Shown one piece after another: positions 7,612 through 16,252 of a DNA stretch of 64,000 nt (positions are counted from its first letter, which is position 1; each line of letters starts with the position of its first letter). Under the pieces are notes generated by a model. The model saw only the letters and a list, made by a program, of their open reading frames with translations, searched no databases and had not been told where the DNA came from. Where the stretch lies: the NCBI GenBank assembly GCA_035536935.1, contig DATLNC010000183.1:188-64187 (forward strand), written 5' to 3'. The position numbers were made by a program, and so were the translations under genes. This DNA is from Thermoanaerobaculia bacterium (GTDB lineage Bacteria > Acidobacteriota > Thermoanaerobaculia > Multivoradales > UBA5704).

Positions 7612-8937
7612 CTAACCCCTCAGTTCCAGCCCGCTCACCAGGATCGTCGGAGCTCCGATCATCCCGGCGAGCGGCTGGAAGGTGAGGTCCCGCCCGACGC
7701 CCGCGATCCCCTGAAGGAAGTCGCCGATGCCGCCGCAGAGCCAGGCCCGCGCGACCGGCGCGCTCGCCCGGCCGGCCTCGACCGCGAAGCCGCAGACGGG
7801 CAGGGCGAAGGTGCCCGCGCCGAGGTCGAACCGGCCGCCGCCCGTGGTGTCGATCAGGTAATAGCCCTCGGACATGGAGCCCAACAACGAGGCCACCGGG
7901 ATGCGCGGGTCCGGTTTGAGGTAGAGATGGGTGGGCCCGGCGGCAGGTAGATCGCGCCAGCCCGGCCGGCCCGTGCACCCCGAGGCCGTGCCCATCCCCG
8001 GGTGGGACTCGGCCTGCCACCAGGTGAGGAGAGGCTGCCGGAACACCCCTTCCTCGACCAGGACGATCTCGCGGGTGGGCACGCCTTCGCCGTCGACCGG
8101 GGCGTCGAGCACCCCGCCGGCGGAGCCGGGCAACCGGCCGTTGTCGATCAGGGTCAGCTGCTCGCTGCCGATCCGGCCGCGGCGGTCGCGCAGGCCGGAG
8201 AGGAGGGTTCCCGCCCGGGGACCCACCAGCATCGGGAGGAGGCCGCAGAGGAGCCGCGCCACGATCGGGGGCGCGAGCAGGAGCTCGCCATGGTCGCGGT
8301 CCGGCGGAGAGCCCTGCGCGGAGACGGCGAGGCGGTCGGCCAGACGGCGCGCCAGGGCCGTGGGGTGGAACTTGCGCGCATCCCGGGCCGAGAGGTAGAC
8401 CGATGCCGACGACCGGCCGGGACCGGCAGCTTCCAGATGGAGGGTCGCGAGCCGGGCGCGGGTGCGGGCGCGCACTCCCCGGCTGTTGACGACATCGCTC
8501 TCGCTCGATCCGTCCTCCAGCGCGGCGCGCAGCAACCGGGCCCCCGGCAGCTCGGAGGCGAGCTCCCGGCCGAGGCTCTCCAGGAGCTTGAGCCCCTCGC
8601 GCTCGCCCACGAGCGGAGCGTCGAGCTCCGCAGGGTCGCTCCAGGGAGCCGTCTCCAATACCGCGGAGGGCTCGGGCAGGCGCAGCGGCCGGCCGGTCGC
8701 CTCGGGCCAGGGCCAGCCCGGGAGCGGCTCCCCCGTCCCGGCGGCGAAGAAGGACCGGCGCGGATCGCCGGCGCGCACCGCCCAGCCCTGCTCCTGGCTG
8801 AAGACGGAGGAATCGGTGTGCGGCGTGACTTCCAAACGGCGGGAGCGGCCCCGCTTGGCGAAGACCTCCACGTCCGGCATGCCGCGCCGCATCAGCGCGA
8901 CCATGACCTCGTCGAGGAGTGGCGCCGTCAGAGTCAT
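7612..8937 (-). CDS. pmbA: PmbA/TldE-family metalloprotease subunit
   Basis: Start MTLTAPLLDEVMVALMRRG at ATG 8935-8937. TldD/PmbA family fold, directly downstream of tldD. Confidence 0.8.
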   Translation of the reverse strand: MTLTAPLLDEVMVALMRRGMPDVEVFAKRGRSRRLEVTPHTDSSVFSQEQGWAVRAGDPRRSFFAAGTGEPLPGWPWPEATGRPLRLPEPSAVLETAPWSDPAELDAPLVGEREGLKLLESLGRELASELPGARLLRAALEDGSSESDVVNSRGVRARTRARLATLHLEAAGPGRSSASVYLSARDARKFHPTALARRLADRLAVSAQGSPPDRDHGELLLAPPIVARLLCGLLPMLVGPRAGTLLSGLRDRRGRIGSEQLTLIDNGRLPGSAGGVLDAPVDGEGVPTREIVLVEEGVFRQPLLTWWQAESHPGMGTASGCTGRPGWRDLPAAGPTHLYLKPDPRIPVASLLGSMSEGYYLIDTTGGGRFDLGAGTFALPVCGFAVEAGRASAPVARAWLCGGIGDFLQGIAGVGRDLTFQPLAGMIGAPTILVSGLELRG

Positions 8938-8957
8938 TTTGGTCAAGCCGGGGGTGG

Positions 8958-10298
8958 TCAAACCATCCCCCCTTCGGGCACGATCTCCACGCCTTCCAGG
9001 CGCAAAGTCGGGGCCGTGGCCCAGACCGGCAGCTTCTGTCCCCCCTTGGCGCACCAGCCCGCGCCGGCCGGCCGGGCTTCCCTGCCCACGGCGGTGACGC
9101 GGGTCAGCAGGTCGGCCACCCGGCCGCGGAGCACGCACGGTCCGACCGTGTCGCCCAGGGCGCCGCGGCGGATGCGCCGGGCAAAGGGAAGGTGGAGACG
9201 GAACTCGCCCGAGAGCGGATCGAGCGCGCCGCGGCTCGCCTCCTGGAGATAGAGGCCGCCGTCCGCGTCGGTGAGCAGGTCGTCGTCCGTGGCGTCCCCA
9301 TGCAGCATCTCCAGGTGCGTGGACCGGGGGCCCGGAGGGAGATGGCGGGTGCCGCGGCGTCCCGCTCCCGGCACGAACACGGGCGAGGTCCGCGCCCAGA
9401 GGAGGTCGGCGAGCGGCTGCTCCACGACTCCGCCGCGCAGGAGCCAGCGGCGGAAAACGGCCGAGCCCTCGTCGTCCGTGGTCCGCCGCACCTCGGCCGG
9501 GGCCGCGGCCGGATCGTCGAGCACGTCGACGGAGGGGGCGGCCATCGAGACTCCCACCGCCGCCTCCGGGTTCCCTCCCTGGGCGAGGACGTCGGCCTCC
9601 AGGGCATGGGCGACCGCCTCATGGAGAAGGACGGCCACGGCCGCCGGCGCCAGGATCGCGGTCCCCCGGTACGGCTCGGGGAGGGACGCCTGCCGGGCGC
9701 GGAACAGGTGGACGAGGGAGGCGGCGAACGCTTCGATGGCGTTGGCGTCGAGCCGCGGATGGATGGCGCCGTGCCCTCCCCAGGTGGTCTGGGCCTGCAG
9801 GCTGTAGAACGTCTCCGTCTCCTGGCCGGCGACGAGCCGCGAACCCACGACCTGGACCCAGCGGCGATGGCGCCGGACCGTCAGCCGGGAGGGGAACCCG
9901 ACGTGATGGGAGCGGATCGCGCGCGACAGCGCTTCGGGGATGCCGGCCAGCTCGGCCGCAATATGGGGAACATGCGGGTCGGGCTGGAACGGCGGCATCT
10001 TGAAGGCCGGCTCCGGGTAGGTGGCGGAGGGCAGGGCGCGCGCCACCTGCCGCAGGGCCTCGGCGAACGGCCTGGCGTCGACGTTGTCGCGGGCCGCGAG
10101 CCAGGTATGGCCCTCGCGGGAGAGGCGGATGGCGAACCCTTCTTCCCGGCGCACACGGAGGCCGGGCCCCTCGTCCTCGGGAGGCAGCTCGGCCTCCTCG
10201 CGGCGCTCGAAGAAGGCGTCCACCACGTCCTCGGGCTGCTCGGCGATCTGGGAAAGGGTGCGGGCGACGGCGGCGGTGTCCAGCTCGGAGAAAGGCAT
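8958..10298 (-). CDS. tldD: TldD-family metalloprotease
   Basis: HEAVAHALEAD (HExxxH) motif. Length and order match TldD. Start set at MPFSELDTAAV. Confidence 0.85.
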   Translation of the reverse strand: MPFSELDTAAVARTLSQIAEQPEDVVDAFFERREEAELPPEDEGPGLRVRREEGFAIRLSREGHTWLAARDNVDARPFAEALRQVARALPSATYPEPAFKMPPFQPDPHVPHIAAELAGIPEALSRAIRSHHVGFPSRLTVRRHRRWVQVVGSRLVAGQETETFYSLQAQTTWGGHGAIHPRLDANAIEAFAASLVHLFRARQASLPEPYRGTAILAPAAVAVLLHEAVAHALEADVLAQGGNPEAAVGVSMAAPSVDVLDDPAAAPAEVRRTTDDEGSAVFRRWLLRGGVVEQPLADLLWARTSPVFVPGAGRRGTRHLPPGPRSTHLEMLHGDATDDDLLTDADGGLYLQEASRGALDPLSGEFRLHLPFARRIRRGALGDTVGPCVLRGRVADLLTRVTAVGREARPAGAGWCAKGGQKLPVWATAPTLRLEGVEIVPEGGMV

Positions 10299-10318
10299 CC
10301 AGGAGATTGTAGTGCACG

Positions 10319-10418
10319 GAAAAGGACCCAAAGGACACCAAGGACCGCAAGGACATCAAGGACGGGCTTCCGGGTCCTTGCGGTCCTTGATGTCCTTGCG
10401 GTCCTTTATGTCCTTGAT
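10319..10418. repeat. Mirror-image block of 9-nt iterons (5x NNNAAGGAC, centre, 5x GTCCTTNNN)
   Basis: 18-bp perfect inverted repeat 10346-10363 / 10383-10400. Located in the tldD / carboxyltransferase divergent intergenic region. Confidence 0.9.
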
Positions 10419-10443
10419 CCCCCTGGGATAGACTCCCCCTCCT

Positions 10444-11997
10444 ATGGCCCCAACCCAGGCGATCGAGGAGCTCCGGAACCGGCTCGCCGCGGCCGAGCTC
10501 GGCGGCGGGGAAGACCGCATCCGCAAGCAGCACGAGGCGGGCAAGCTCACGGCGCGCGAGCGCGTCGAGCTGCTCCTCGACGCCGGCTCGTTCGTCGAGG
10601 TCGATGCCCTGGTCACCCACCGCTGCACCGACTTCGGCATGCAGAAGCAGAAGGTCCCCGGCGACGGGGTCATCTGCGGCTATGGCACGGTCGAGGGCCG
10701 GCTGGTCTACCTCTTCGCCCAGGACTTCACCGTCTTCGGCGGCTCGCTCTCCGAGACCAACGCCCAGAAGATCTGCAAGATCATGGACCTGGCGGTCGAG
10801 AACGGCGCGCCGGTCATCGGGCTCAACGACTCGGGCGGCGCCCGCATCCAGGAGGGGGTCGCCTCCCTCGGCGGCTATGCCGACATCTTCCTGCGCAACA
10901 CCCTGTCCTCAGGGGTGGTGCCGCAGATCAGCGCGATCATGGGACCCTGCGCGGGCGGCGCGGTCTACTCGCCGGCGATCACCGACTTCATCTTCATGGT
11001 CGAGGGGACGAGCTACATGTTCGTCACCGGCCCCGAAGTCATCAAGACCGTGACCCATGAAGAGGTCACGATGGAAGACCTGGGCGGCGCCAGCGCGCAC
11101 GCGGTGAAGAGCGGCGTCTGCCATTTCACCCGCCCCAACGACGCCGCCTGCCTCGCCGCCATCCGGGAGCTGCTCTCCTACCTGCCGGGCAACAACCTGG
11201 ACGAGCCGCCGCCGGGGCACAGCGAGGACGATCCGAACCGCGAGTCCGAGCTCCTGGACACCCTGGTCCCCGAAGATCCGAACAAGCCCTACGACATCAA
11301 GCCGCTCATCGCGGCGGTGGTCGACGACGGCAAGTTCCTGGAAGTCCACGCGCAGTACGCCAAGAACATCGTGGTCGGGTTCGCGCGCATCGACAACCGC
11401 TCGGTGGGGATCGTGGCCAACCAGCCGGCCTGGCTGGCCGGGGTGCTGGACATCGACGCGTCGCTCAAGGGCGCGCGGTTCGTGCGTTTCTGCGATGCTT
11501 TCAACATCCCCCTGGTTACCTTCGAGGACGTGCCCGGCTTCATGCCGGGGACGCAGCAGGAGTTCGGCGGCATCATCAAGCATGGGGCGAAGCTCCTGTA
11601 TGCCTTCGCCGAGGCTACCGTGCCGAAAGTCACGGTGATCACGCGCAAGGCGTACGGCGGCGCTTATACCGTCATGTCGAGCAAGCACCTGCGGACCGAC
11701 GTCAACTTCGCCTACCCGACGGCGGAGATCGCGGTGATGGGGCCGGAAGGCGCGGTCAACATCCTCTACCGCAGGGAGCTGGAGAAGGCGGGAGAGGACG
11801 CGCCGCGGGTGCGCGCCGAGAAGGTGGCGGAGTACCGCGCCAAGTTCTCGAACCCGTACATCGCGGCCGAGCGCGGCTTCGTGGATGCCGTGCTGGAGCC
11901 GCGCCGGACCCGGCCCGAGATCGTGCGCGCCCTGCGGCAGCTCCGCAGCAAGCGGGCGGCCGTGCCGCCGAAGAAGCATGGGAACATACCTTTGTAG
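10444..11997 (+). CDS. pccB: Acyl-CoA (propionyl/methylmalonyl-CoA) carboxyltransferase beta subunit
   Basis: Full-length match to the carboxyl-transferase family: [42 protein letters not shown]. Confidence 0.9.
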   Translation: MAPTQAIEELRNRLAAAELGGGEDRIRKQHEAGKLTARERVELLLDAGSFVEVDALVTHRCTDFGMQKQKVPGDGVICGYGTVEGRLVYLFAQDFTVFGGSLSETNAQKICKIMDLAVENGAPVIGLNDSGGARIQEGVASLGGYADIFLRNTLSSGVVPQISAIMGPCAGGAVYSPAITDFIFMVEGTSYMFVTGPEVIKTVTHEEVTMEDLGGASAHAVKSGVCHFTRPNDAACLAAIRELLSYLPGNNLDEPPPGHSEDDPNRESELLDTLVPEDPNKPYDIKPLIAAVVDDGKFLEVHAQYAKNIVVGFARIDNRSVGIVANQPAWLAGVLDIDASLKGARFVRFCDAFNIPLVTFEDVPGFMPGTQQEFGGIIKHGAKLLYAFAEATVPKVTVITRKAYGGAYTVMSSKHLRTDVNFAYPTAEIAVMGPEGAVNILYRRELEKAGEDAPRVRAEKVAEYRAKFSNPYIAAERGFVDAVLEPRRTRPEIVRALRQLRSKRAAVPPKKHGNIPL

Positions 11998-12074
11998 CTG
12001 TAGCCTTTTTCTTGACATCCGGGGCCGCGTGGGGCAAATTGACCGGGCTCGGCAGCACCCCGACAGGAGAGGAC

Positions 12075-12374
12075 ATGAGAGAGAAAGATCGAGTACTGAA
12101 GCGCCGGCGCCAGCGCCGGAACAAGCGGTTGCAGAAGCGCGCGCTGGACGAAACGCAGCAGAAGGCGGAGCGCGCCCAGGGCTCCAAGCGGGCTGCGAAG
12201 AAGTCGGCCGCGGGCGAAACCGCTCCTGAGCCGGCCTCCCCCGACGCCGCCGCCGAGCCGAAGAAGAAGGCTCCCGCCAAGAAGGCCCCCGCCAAGAAGG
12301 CTGCTCCCAAGGCAGCCGCTCCTGACGAAAGCGGCACGCCCGAGGCTCCTCCCGAGGGCGGAGAGGGAGCCTGA
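12075..12374 (+). CDS. Small very basic protein with a histone H1-like KKAPAKK tail
   Basis: AGGAGAGG RBS before ATG 12075. [22 protein letters not shown]...[17 protein letters not shown]. Candidate promoter TTGACA (12012-12017), 17-nt spacer, CAAATT. Confidence 0.55.
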   Translation: MREKDRVLKRRRQRRNKRLQKRALDETQQKAERAQGSKRAAKKSAAGETAPEPASPDAAAEPKKKAPAKKAPAKKAAPKAAAPDESGTPEAPPEGGEGA

Positions 12375-12396
12375 CGGAGCCCCGCTCCCCCACGTC

Positions 12397-13650
12397 ATGA
12401 CCGATTACCGATCGCTGAAAGCGGTAGACCCCGAGGTCTATCAGGCCATTGCCGAGGAACGCTCCCGCCAGAATTTCGGCCTGGAGCTGATCGCCTCCGA
12501 AAACTTCGTCAGCCGCGCCGTGCTGGAAGCGACCGGCAGCGTCATGACGAACAAGTACGCGGAGGGCTACCCCGGCCGCCGCTACTACGGCGGCTGCGAG
12601 TTCGTGGACGTGGCCGAGCGCCTCGCCATCGACCGCGCCAAGCAGATCTTCGGCGCCGAGCACGTGAACGTCCAGCCCCACAGCGGCACGTCGGCCAACA
12701 TGGCCGTCTACTTCGGCTTTTTAAAGCCGGGCGACAAGCTGATGGGCATGGACCTCTCCTGCGGCGGCCATCTCACCCACGGCCACCGTCTCTCCTACTC
12801 CGGCCGCGATTTTCAAGTGGTGGCCTACGGCGTGGACAAGGAGAGCGAGCGCATCGACTACGACGAGGTCGAGCGCATCGCCATGGAGGAGCGGCCGAAG
12901 CTGATCGTCTGCGGCGCGAGCGCCTACAGCCGGGTCATCGACTTCGAGCGCTTCGGTGCGATCGCCGAGAAGGCCGGCTCCCTGCTGATGGCCGACATCG
13001 CCCACATCGCCGGCCTGGTCGCGGCGGGCATCCATCCGTCCCCGGTCCCGCACTGCCACTTCGTGACCACGACCACGCACAAGACCCTGCGCGGCCCGCG
13101 CGCGGGAATGGTCATGTGCAAGGAGCCGTTCGCGAAGGACCTCGACCGCTCCGTCTTCCCCGGCATCCAGGGCGGACCCCTGATGCACGTGATCGCGGCC
13201 AAGGCGGTGTCCTTCAAGGAGGCGCTGACCGAGGAGTTCCGCGACTATCAGCGGCAGATCGTGGCGAACGCGAAGCGCCTGGCCGAGCGCCTGATCGAGC
13301 GCGGCTTCCGCATCGTGTCGGGAGGCACGGACAACCACGTCTTCCTGCTCGACGTGGCCGCTGCCGGCCTGACCGGCAAGGTGGCCGAGAAGGCGTTGGA
13401 GGCCGCCGGCATCACGGTGAACAAGAACACGATCCCCTACGATACGAACCCGCCGCTGGTCGCCTCCGGCATCCGCCTCGGAGCGCCGGCCCTGACCACC
13501 CGCAACATGCGGGAGCCCGAGATGGAGCAGGTGGGCGACTTCATCGCCGAGGTGCTGCGCTCGCACGAGGATGCCGCGGTGCACGAGCGGGTGCGCGGGC
13601 AGGTGCGGGAGCTGTGCGAGCGGTTTCCGCTCTATGACCCTCTGATGTGA
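12397..13650 (+). CDS. glyA: Serine hydroxymethyltransferase
   Basis: Full-length SHMT: [35 protein letters not shown]. Confidence 0.97.
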   Translation: MTDYRSLKAVDPEVYQAIAEERSRQNFGLELIASENFVSRAVLEATGSVMTNKYAEGYPGRRYYGGCEFVDVAERLAIDRAKQIFGAEHVNVQPHSGTSANMAVYFGFLKPGDKLMGMDLSCGGHLTHGHRLSYSGRDFQVVAYGVDKESERIDYDEVERIAMEERPKLIVCGASAYSRVIDFERFGAIAEKAGSLLMADIAHIAGLVAAGIHPSPVPHCHFVTTTTHKTLRGPRAGMVMCKEPFAKDLDRSVFPGIQGGPLMHVIAAKAVSFKEALTEEFRDYQRQIVANAKRLAERLIERGFRIVSGGTDNHVFLLDVAAAGLTGKVAEKALEAAGITVNKNTIPYDTNPPLVASGIRLGAPALTTRNMREPEMEQVGDFIAEVLRSHEDAAVHERVRGQVRELCERFPLYDPLM

Positions 13651-13826
13651 GGGTAGACCCCTCTACCCGGTGGGTGCGGACCCCAAACGACCGGGTAGAG
13701 CCCTGCGTTTCCTCGATCTTGTCTGAAATTGACCGGGTAGGTTCCTTCTACCCGTTGGTTGGAGCAGATTACCCAACAGGTAGACCCCTCTACCCGCTCG
13801 TTTGAGCCGCCTACCCGCTGGTTTCT
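13651..13826. repeat. Array of GGGTAG-N6/7-CTACCC hairpins (family C)
   Basis: GGGTAGACCCCTCTACCC (13651), CGGGTAGGTTCCTTCTACCCG (13732), GGTAGACCCCTCTACCCG (13769), plus half sites. The array fills the glyA/folC convergent gap. Confidence 0.85.
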
Positions 13827-15062
13827 CTAGTAAAGCGGCCCGTTGGCGGGTTGCGGGACCCCAAACCGCTCCCGCAGCCGCTTGCGGACCTCCCCGATCA
13901 GGTAGATCGAGCCGCAGACCACGAGCCTGACTCCGGGCTGAAGCGCGCGATCGAGCGCCTGTCCCAGATCCGGCACGATCTCGACTTCCCTTCCGGGCAG
14001 AAGCGTGGCCAGCTCCTCCGGTGACCGGGCCCGGTCACTGGCCGGGGTGGTGAGGACGATCCGGCGGGCCCGCTCCGCGAGCGGGCCGAGCATCTCGGCA
14101 ACGTCCTTGTCCCCGAGCACTCCGAAGAGGAGATCGAAAGGACCTTTCAGGAACGCCGCCAGGGCGGCGGCTCCCTCGGGATTGTGGGCGGCGTCGAGCA
14201 GGACTTGCCGGTCCCCGGGGAGATCTACCCTCTCCAGGCGGCCAGGCCAGCGGCAGGAGCGGGCTCCCTCGGCGATCGCCTCGGGGCCGATCCCCAGCTC
14301 CTCGGCGGCGAGGACCGCAAGCGCCAGGTTCCTCGCCTGGTGCGCTCCGGGGAGGGTGAGCTCCAGGTCGTGCTCCCCTTTGGGTGTGGTGAGCCTCACC
14401 CTGTTGCCGTCCTGCCGCAGGGTGACCAGCTCGGGTGCGAAGTGGAGGTCGGTCCCCAGCTCGGCGGCCACGGCCCGGACGGCCGCGGACGGCTCCGGGT
14501 CCTCGAGCCAGACCAGGGCCGGACGGCCAGGCCGGAACGTGCCCGCCTTCTCCCTGGCGATGGCCGCGAGCGTGTCCCCCAAATGCTCGCGGTGCTCCAG
14601 GCTGATGGAGGTGATCAGCGACAGCTCCGGCTCGCAGACGTTGGTGGCGTCCAGCCGGCCTCCCATCCCGACCTCGATGACGGCCAGGTCGACCTGGCGC
14701 TCGGAGAACCAGAGGAAGGCGGCGGCGGTGACCGCCTCGAAGTAGGTCGGCGACTCGGCCTCGACGATCCGTTTGAGCAGCGCGGCGAGCTCTTCGGGAT
14801 GGATGGCGCGGCCGTCGATGCGCAGCCGCTCCTCGACCGATTCCAGGTGAGGGGAGGTGTAGAGCCCGGTCTTGAGGCCGGCGGCGGAGGCCATGGCGGC
14901 GAGCAGGGCCGAGGTCGAGCCCTTGCCGTTGCTGCCGGCCACGAGGACCGTGCGGTAGTGGAGCTGCGGATTGCCGAAACCGGCGAGGAGCTGGCGGACG
15001 CTCTCCAGCCCGAGCCGGATGCCCAGCTTCTCCAGGCGGGCGAGGATCTGCTCCGCGTTCAG
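13827..15062 (-). CDS. folC: Folylpolyglutamate synthase / dihydrofolate synthase
   Basis: [10 protein letters not shown]-loop and Mur-ligase body. The conserved N-terminus [41 protein letters not shown] lies upstream of the first canonical start (GTG 14942). The 5' end is placed at CTG 15060-15062, which overlaps the accD stop. Confidence 0.85.
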   Translation of the reverse strand: MNAEQILARLEKLGIRLGLESVRQLLAGFGNPQLHYRTVLVAGSNGKGSTSALLAAMASAAGLKTGLYTSPHLESVEERLRIDGRAIHPEELAALLKRIVEAESPTYFEAVTAAAFLWFSERQVDLAVIEVGMGGRLDATNVCEPELSLITSISLEHREHLGDTLAAIAREKAGTFRPGRPALVWLEDPEPSAAVRAVAAELGTDLHFAPELVTLRQDGNRVRLTTPKGEHDLELTLPGAHQARNLALAVLAAEELGIGPEAIAEGARSCRWPGRLERVDLPGDRQVLLDAAHNPEGAAALAAFLKGPFDLLFGVLGDKDVAEMLGPLAERARRIVLTTPASDRARSPEELATLLPGREVEIVPDLGQALDRALQPGVRLVVCGSIYLIGEVRKRLRERFGVPQPANGPLY

Positions 15063-15910
15063 GGCCGGTACAGGTGTTGGAGGCAGCGGGCGAGCGTCTC
15101 TTTCATCTCGGGCCGCTTGACCACCAGGTCGAGGAAGCCGTGCTCCAGGAGGAACTCGCTGCGCTGGAACCCCTCCGGGAGACTCTGGCGGATCGTCTGC
15201 TCGATGACGCGGGGGCCGGCGAAGCCGATCAGCGCGCCGGGCTCGGCGATGTTCAAGTCGCCCAGCATGGCGAAGGAGGCGGTGACGCCGCCGGTGGTCG
15301 GATCAGTCAGCACCGAGATGTAGGGGAGCCGCGCGTCGCGCAGCCGGGCGAGCGCCGACGCGATCTTGGCCATCTGCATGAGGGACAGGACTCCCTCCTG
15401 CATGCGGGCGCCGCCCGAGGCCGAGACGACGATCAGCGGCCAGCGGCGCTCCAGCGCGCGCTCCGCGGCGCGGGCGATCTTCTCGCCCACCACCGATCCC
15501 ATGGAGCCGCCCATGAACCGGTACTCCATGGAGGCCACCACCACCGGGATCTGCGCCAGCTGGCCCTGCACCACGATCACCGCGTCGCGCTCGCCGACCG
15601 CCTGCTGGTAGGTCTTGATGCGGTCGCGGTAGCGCTTCGAGTCGCGGAAGCCCAGCGGATCGGTGGGGCTGACCCCGGCGAACAGCTCGCGCGGCTCGGG
15701 CTCGTCGAGGAGGAGCGCGATGCGCGCCCGGGCGTCAATCCGCATGTGGTGCTCACACTTGGGGCAGACGCGCAGGTTGCGGTCGAGGTCGCGGGAGTAG
15801 ATGACCTCCTTGCAGCCCTCGCACTTGACCCACAGGCCCTCGGGGACCGAGCTGCGCTGCCGCTCCTGGCGGATGGGCTTGGGCTTCTTGCTTTTTTTGA
15901 ACCAGGCCAT
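15059..15910 (-). CDS. accD: Acetyl-CoA carboxylase carboxyltransferase beta subunit
   Basis: Zn ribbon [26 protein letters not shown] and the carboxyltransferase domain. It keeps the conserved accD-folC order. Confidence 0.95.
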   Translation of the reverse strand: MAWFKKSKKPKPIRQERQRSSVPEGLWVKCEGCKEVIYSRDLDRNLRVCPKCEHHMRIDARARIALLLDEPEPRELFAGVSPTDPLGFRDSKRYRDRIKTYQQAVGERDAVIVVQGQLAQIPVVVASMEYRFMGGSMGSVVGEKIARAAERALERRWPLIVVSASGGARMQEGVLSLMQMAKIASALARLRDARLPYISVLTDPTTGGVTASFAMLGDLNIAEPGALIGFAGPRVIEQTIRQSLPEGFQRSEFLLEHGFLDLVVKRPEMKETLARCLQHLYRP

Positions 15911-15952
15911 GGGAGATCGGGCTCAGAGGGGTGGCCGCTGGCCGCGCGGAGG

Positions 15953-16186
15953 TCAGGCCTCCGCGGACTGCGCTTCTTCGGCCTCGAGGTCGTTGTCGAT
16001 GCCCAGGCGCAGACAGGCTGCGTCATACATCTGCCGCGACGCCTTTTTGGCGTTCTGCAGCTCGGCCAGACGGTCCTTGACCTTCGCGAGCTCCTCCTCG
16101 ATGAGGTGGTCGAGCTCCTCCATCTCCTGGCGAGTCACCGCGAGGGTGTTCTCGTAGAACTTTTTCTGCTGGTCGGTCAGCGTCAT
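15953..16186 (-). CDS. Small coiled-coil protein, unknown function
   Basis: GGAGGAG RBS 5 nt before ATG 16184-16186. 77 aa with coding-like codon usage. Confidence 0.6.
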   Translation of the reverse strand: MTLTDQQKKFYENTLAVTRQEMEELDHLIEEELAKVKDRLAELQNAKKASRQMYDAACLRLGIDNDLEAEEAQSAEA

Positions 16187-16252
16187 GAATCTCCTCCGGT
16201 GCTAGCGGAGGGTGAGGATACTCTGGATCGGCGGGACTGACAAGTTCTGTCC

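Noticed and set aside
14940-15107. folC as a 5'-truncated pseudogene or frameshifted gene.
   Set aside because: The frame is continuous and the upstream 41 codons encode the normal FolC N-terminal segment. Only a canonical start codon is missing, so an intact gene with a non-canonical (CTG) start is more likely.
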